Shown here piece by piece: positions 36,011-39,391 of a stretch of DNA of 39,391 bases. This DNA is from Candidatus Shapirobacteria bacterium (GTDB lineage: Bacteria > Patescibacteriota > Microgenomatia > UBA12405), in assembly GCA_041659325.1 (NCBI GenBank), contig JBAZYN010000001.1, forward strand, positions 197,428-236,818. The letters are read 5' to 3'. The notes under the pieces are model-generated. The model was not told the origin of the DNA and searched no databases. It saw only the letters and a program-made list of their open reading frames with translations. The translations under genes were made by a program, and so were the position numbers. How positions within the stretch are numbered: the stretch's first letter is position 1; each line of letters starts with the position of its first letter.

Positions 36011-38026
36011 GTGAATTTCCATCTAGAGTCCGACATGAAACCAGCAGGGGACCAGCCCCAAGCCATCGATAAACTGGTCTCCGGACTAAACTCCGGCATC
36101 TCCAAACAAACCCTGCTAGGAGTTACCGGCTCCGGCAAAACCTTTACTATTGCCAACGTCATCCAACAAACTCAACTTCCTACTCTAGTAATATCTCACA
36201 ACAAAACACTCGCTGGTCAACTTTATCAGGAATTCAAAGAATTATTTCCAAAAAACAAAGTCTCCTATTTCGTTTCCTACTACGATTATTATCAGCCCGA
36301 AGCTTACATCCCTGCCTCCGACACCTACATTGCCAAAGAAGTTGAAATAAACGATTTAATCGATAAACTTCGACTCGAAGCTACTTCAAACATATTTTCC
36401 GGTGATGACAATATTATTATTGCGTCTGTTAGTTGTATCTACAACATCGGCGACCCAATTCAGTTCAGTGGTCGTACGATTGATTTTGCCCTCGGCCAAA
36501 ATTGGAGCCGGCGCATCTTTTTAGAAAGCCTAATTTCCCTCTATTACACCCGATCAGAATTAGAGTTTAAACGTTCAACCTTCAGAGTCAGGGGTGAAAT
36601 TTTTGAAATATGGCCCTCCTATCAGGATTGGATTTTGGTCCTCGAATTCAAAGAGGGAACACTTACAAAGATTACCAACCGTCACCCCTTTTCCGGCCAC
36701 GAATTTGATCTAAAAGAATTTCGTTTATATCCTGCCAAACAGTATGTTGGTGCCTCCGGCTCTGATCTAAAACCAATTTTTGAAAAAATCCGCTCTGATT
36801 GTCAAAAACAAGTCGAAATTTTTAAATCTCAGAACAAAATTCTTGAGGCTCATCGGATTCAACAACGAGTTGAATACGACTTGGAAATGCTAACTGAAAT
36901 GGGTTATGTCAACGGTATTGAAAATTATTCAATTTATTTTGAAGAAAAACGTCAACATGGCGACCCGCCATTCACCCTTATTGATTATTTTAACCATAAA
37001 TGGGGTAAAAGTTTTTTGACCGTTATCGATGAATCACATGTCACCGTCCCCCAAATCGGCGGTATGTATTTTGGTGACTTATCCCGTAAACAAAATCTTG
37101 TTGATTTTGGTTTCCGCCTCCCTTCAGCTATCGATAACCGTCCGCTTAAGTTTGACGAATTCTACAACCGAACGCCCAAAGTTATCTATGTCTCCGCCAC
37201 CCCTGCCGACTATGAAATTAAAGAGTCCAAAGGAAATGTAATCGAACAAATCATTCGCCCTACCGGCCTGATCGACCCACCTATCACTATCCGCCCTAGT
37301 ATTTCTCAAATTTCTGATCTAATAAGTGAAATAGAAAAACGAGTTGCCAAAAAAGAACGTGTCTTAGTAATCACTATTACTAAACGTATGGCCGAAGATT
37401 TATCAACATATTTGTCAAATGTCACAAAAACCTGCCTGCCGGCAAGTACGGCCCCAATTCCTTTTAAGGTTGCCTATTTGCACTCTGATATTGATACTCT
37501 GGAAAGGTCAAATGTTTTGGATAATCTCCGTAATGGTAATTATGACGTTCTGGTCGGTATCAATTTATTAAGAGAAGGTCTGGATTTACCGGAAGTCACT
37601 CTGGTTGCTATTTTAGATGCAGGAAGCCAAGGATTCCTGCGGTCAAAATCCTCTCTCATTCAGATCATGGGTCGGGCCTCAAGAAACGTAAACGGCCAAG
37701 TTATCCTTTATTCCGACACCATGTCCGATGCCATGAGCGGTGCTATCAAAGAAGTCAATCGCCGTCGGCTAATTCAGCAGAAGTATAATGAGGATTATGG
37801 AATTACCCCTCAAACCATTATCAAATCCATCCGTCCAAAAATTATCCAAATAGAGGCAAAGACAGTCGAGCCATTAATGCAAATAGATCCCGAGTCTCTT
37901 ACTCCGCCACAAAAAAAACAATATATCACCAAACTCAAAAAAGAAATGCGCTCCCTTGCTTCCGATATGAATTTCGAAGAAGCCATTCAAATTCGGGATA
38001 AAATTAGAGATATCGAAAAAATCTAA
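36011..38026 (+). CDS. uvrB: Excinuclease ABC subunit B
   Basis: GVTGSGKT, YYDYYQPEAY, DESH, DNRPL, GINLLREGLDLPEV motifs and C-terminal UVR domain; GTG start lies 6 nt after TGaTAAAAT. Confidence 0.97.
   Translation: MNFHLESDMKPAGDQPQAIDKLVSGLNSGISKQTLLGVTGSGKTFTIANVIQQTQLPTLVISHNKTLAGQLYQEFKELFPKNKVSYFVSYYDYYQPEAYIPASDTYIAKEVEINDLIDKLRLEATSNIFSGDDNIIIASVSCIYNIGDPIQFSGRTIDFALGQNWSRRIFLESLISLYYTRSELEFKRSTFRVRGEIFEIWPSYQDWILVLEFKEGTLTKITNRHPFSGHEFDLKEFRLYPAKQYVGASGSDLKPIFEKIRSDCQKQVEIFKSQNKILEAHRIQQRVEYDLEMLTEMGYVNGIENYSIYFEEKRQHGDPPFTLIDYFNHKWGKSFLTVIDESHVTVPQIGGMYFGDLSRKQNLVDFGFRLPSAIDNRPLKFDEFYNRTPKVIYVSATPADYEIKESKGNVIEQIIRPTGLIDPPITIRPSISQISDLISEIEKRVAKKERVLVITITKRMAEDLSTYLSNVTKTCLPASTAPIPFKVAYLHSDIDTLERSNVLDNLRNGNYDVLVGINLLREGLDLPEVTLVAILDAGSQGFLRSKSSLIQIMGRASRNVNGQVILYSDTMSDAMSGAIKEVNRRRLIQQKYNEDYGITPQTIIKSIRPKIIQIEAKTVEPLMQIDPESLTPPQKKQYITKLKKEMRSLASDMNFEEAIQIRDKIRDIEKI
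37430..37447. repeat. Palindrome remnant in-frame within uvrB
   Basis: ACCTGCCTGCCGGCAAGT with a perfect TGCCGGCA core, inside an apparent insertion of about 10 aa. Confidence 0.5.
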
Positions 38027-38069
38027 CTAACTAAAACGCCCATATATTTGGTAAAATATAAACTTCATT

Positions 38070-39391
38070 ATGACAAATTTTCAAACCAAAATTGTAGTCA
38101 AAGGTGCCAGGGAAAACAACCTCAAAAATGTATCCTTTGAATTCCCCAAAAATCAGCTGGTAGTTTTTACCGGAGTTTCCGGATCCGGCAAGTCATCCAT
38201 GGCCTTTGACACCCTTTTTGCCGAAGGCCAACGTCGTTATGTTGAAAGCCTCTCTTCTTATGCCCGCCAGTTTTTGGGCAGTATGAAAAGACCAGAAGTC
38301 GATTTAATCGAAGGACTTTCTCCGTCAATTGCTATCAATCAAAAGGCTATTTCCCACAACCCCCGCTCTACTGTTGGCACCGTCACCGAAATCTACGATT
38401 ATCTTCGACTTCTTTTTGCCCGCATTGGCCATCCTCACTGTCCACAATGCGGCCGGGAAGTTGCTCCTCAAACCACCAAACAAATTGTCACCAACATTCT
38501 CGACAATGCCAAATCAGCTGTCACCGGTCCATTCACCTATCGAATATTGATTTTAGCCCCGGTTGTCCGCGACCGGCGGGGAGATTTTAAAGGTCTTACT
38601 GACAATCTTCGCAAACAAGGGTATAAGTGGATCAGGGCCGATAACTCTCTAATAGACTTGTATACGGATTTCGGTATTGCCAAAACCAACAAACACACCA
38701 TCGATGCCGTTATTGACCGTGTCTCTATCAATAAAGATAGTCTAAAACAGCATGATGAGCTTTATTCCCGTTTAGTCGACGACGTCGAGCAAGCCATGAA
38801 ACTGTCAAACGGTCTGACCATAGCCAGTCGGATAGATGACCAATCTTTTGAATTTCCAGACAAACCAAAGGAGATGGTTGATAACTTATATTCCGAAAAT
38901 TATGCCTGTCCTGTCTGCAACATCTCCCTTCCGGAAATCGAACCACGTCTTTTTTCTTTTAATTCTCCCCAAGGGGCTTGTCCTGAGTGCAAAGGTTTGG
39001 GCTCAAAATTCCAGATCGACAGATCCAAATTCCCCGAATGGAAAGCTCAATACTTAGAAGCCAGGTACTACAATTCACCCTCTGACGCTGTCCGTGAAGA
39101 ATTGGAAAATCTAATGATTAAAGAGAGTTGCCACGTCTGTGCGGGCTCCCGCTTAAACAAAGACGCCCTTTCCATCACTATAACCGGGAAAAACATTTAT
39201 CAGACAACTTGTTTATCAATTGAAAACCTAACCAACTGGGTTGGCAGCCTGGAAACAATGTTAACAAGCGACAAAGAACAGGAAATATTGTCCCCTATCA
39301 AAAAAGAAATTTTGGCTCGACTCGAATTTTTATTGGCCGTAGGCCTTGACTATCTAAGTCTTGATCGGGAAGCGGGAACTCTTAGTAGCGG
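38070..39391 (+). CDS. uvrA: Excinuclease ABC subunit A, 3'-truncated by window edge (absent from the ORF track)
   Basis: Manual translation from ATG 38070 is open to the window end: KGARENNLKNV, GVSGSGKSS, EGQRRYVES, NPRSTVGT and FSFNSPQGACPEC. Confidence 0.97.
   Translation, partial: MTNFQTKIVVKGARENNLKNVSFEFPKNQLVVFTGVSGSGKSSMAFDTLFAEGQRRYVESLSSYARQFLGSMKRPEVDLIEGLSPSIAINQKAISHNPRSTVGTVTEIYDYLRLLFARIGHPHCPQCGREVAPQTTKQIVTNILDNAKSAVTGPFTYRILILAPVVRDRRGDFKGLTDNLRKQGYKWIRADNSLIDLYTDFGIAKTNKHTIDAVIDRVSINKDSLKQHDELYSRLVDDVEQAMKLSNGLTIASRIDDQSFEFPDKPKEMVDNLYSENYACPVCNISLPEIEPRLFSFNSPQGACPECKGLGSKFQIDRSKFPEWKAQYLEARYYNSPSDAVREELENLMIKESCHVCAGSRLNKDALSITITGKNIYQTTCLSIENLTNWVGSLETMLTSDKEQEILSPIKKEILARLEFLLAVGLDYLSLDREAGTLSS

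Noticed and set aside
1-39391. Alternative genetic code (UGA recoding)
   Set aside because: Full-length conserved proteins translate under code 11, and TGA terminates genes such as hisS and yraN at the expected ends

Overview
Gene-dense, low-GC bacterial window read in standard code 11. The gene content and compact spacing fit a Patescibacteria/CPR (Microgenomates-like) genome; the taxonomy is inferred. Most genes are housekeeping: hisS, argS, dus, trxA, rlmN, obgE, era, lon, PMM/PGM, several peptidases, comM-yraN-dprA, uvrB and a partial uvrA. Three tRNA genes are present (His-GTG, Gln-CTG, Glu-CTC). Four things stand out. (1) Two apparent histidine-sensing ribosomal attenuators: one with a complete 1:2/2:3/3:4 layout upstream of tRNA-His, the other upstream of a GNAT-hisS operon. 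(2) Two small GIY-YIG nuclease genes, each abutting a tRNA, with a duplicated tRNA segment on the far side, the stop codon inside tRNA-derived sequence, and palindromes inserted in the duplicate. (3) Several families of short palindromic elements, some nested in each other and some in-frame inside dus and uvrB. (4) Pervasive leaderless-type promoters, with a -10 box 5-8 nt before the start codon. No database searches or folding programs were run; all calls come from motif recognition and manual base-pairing.
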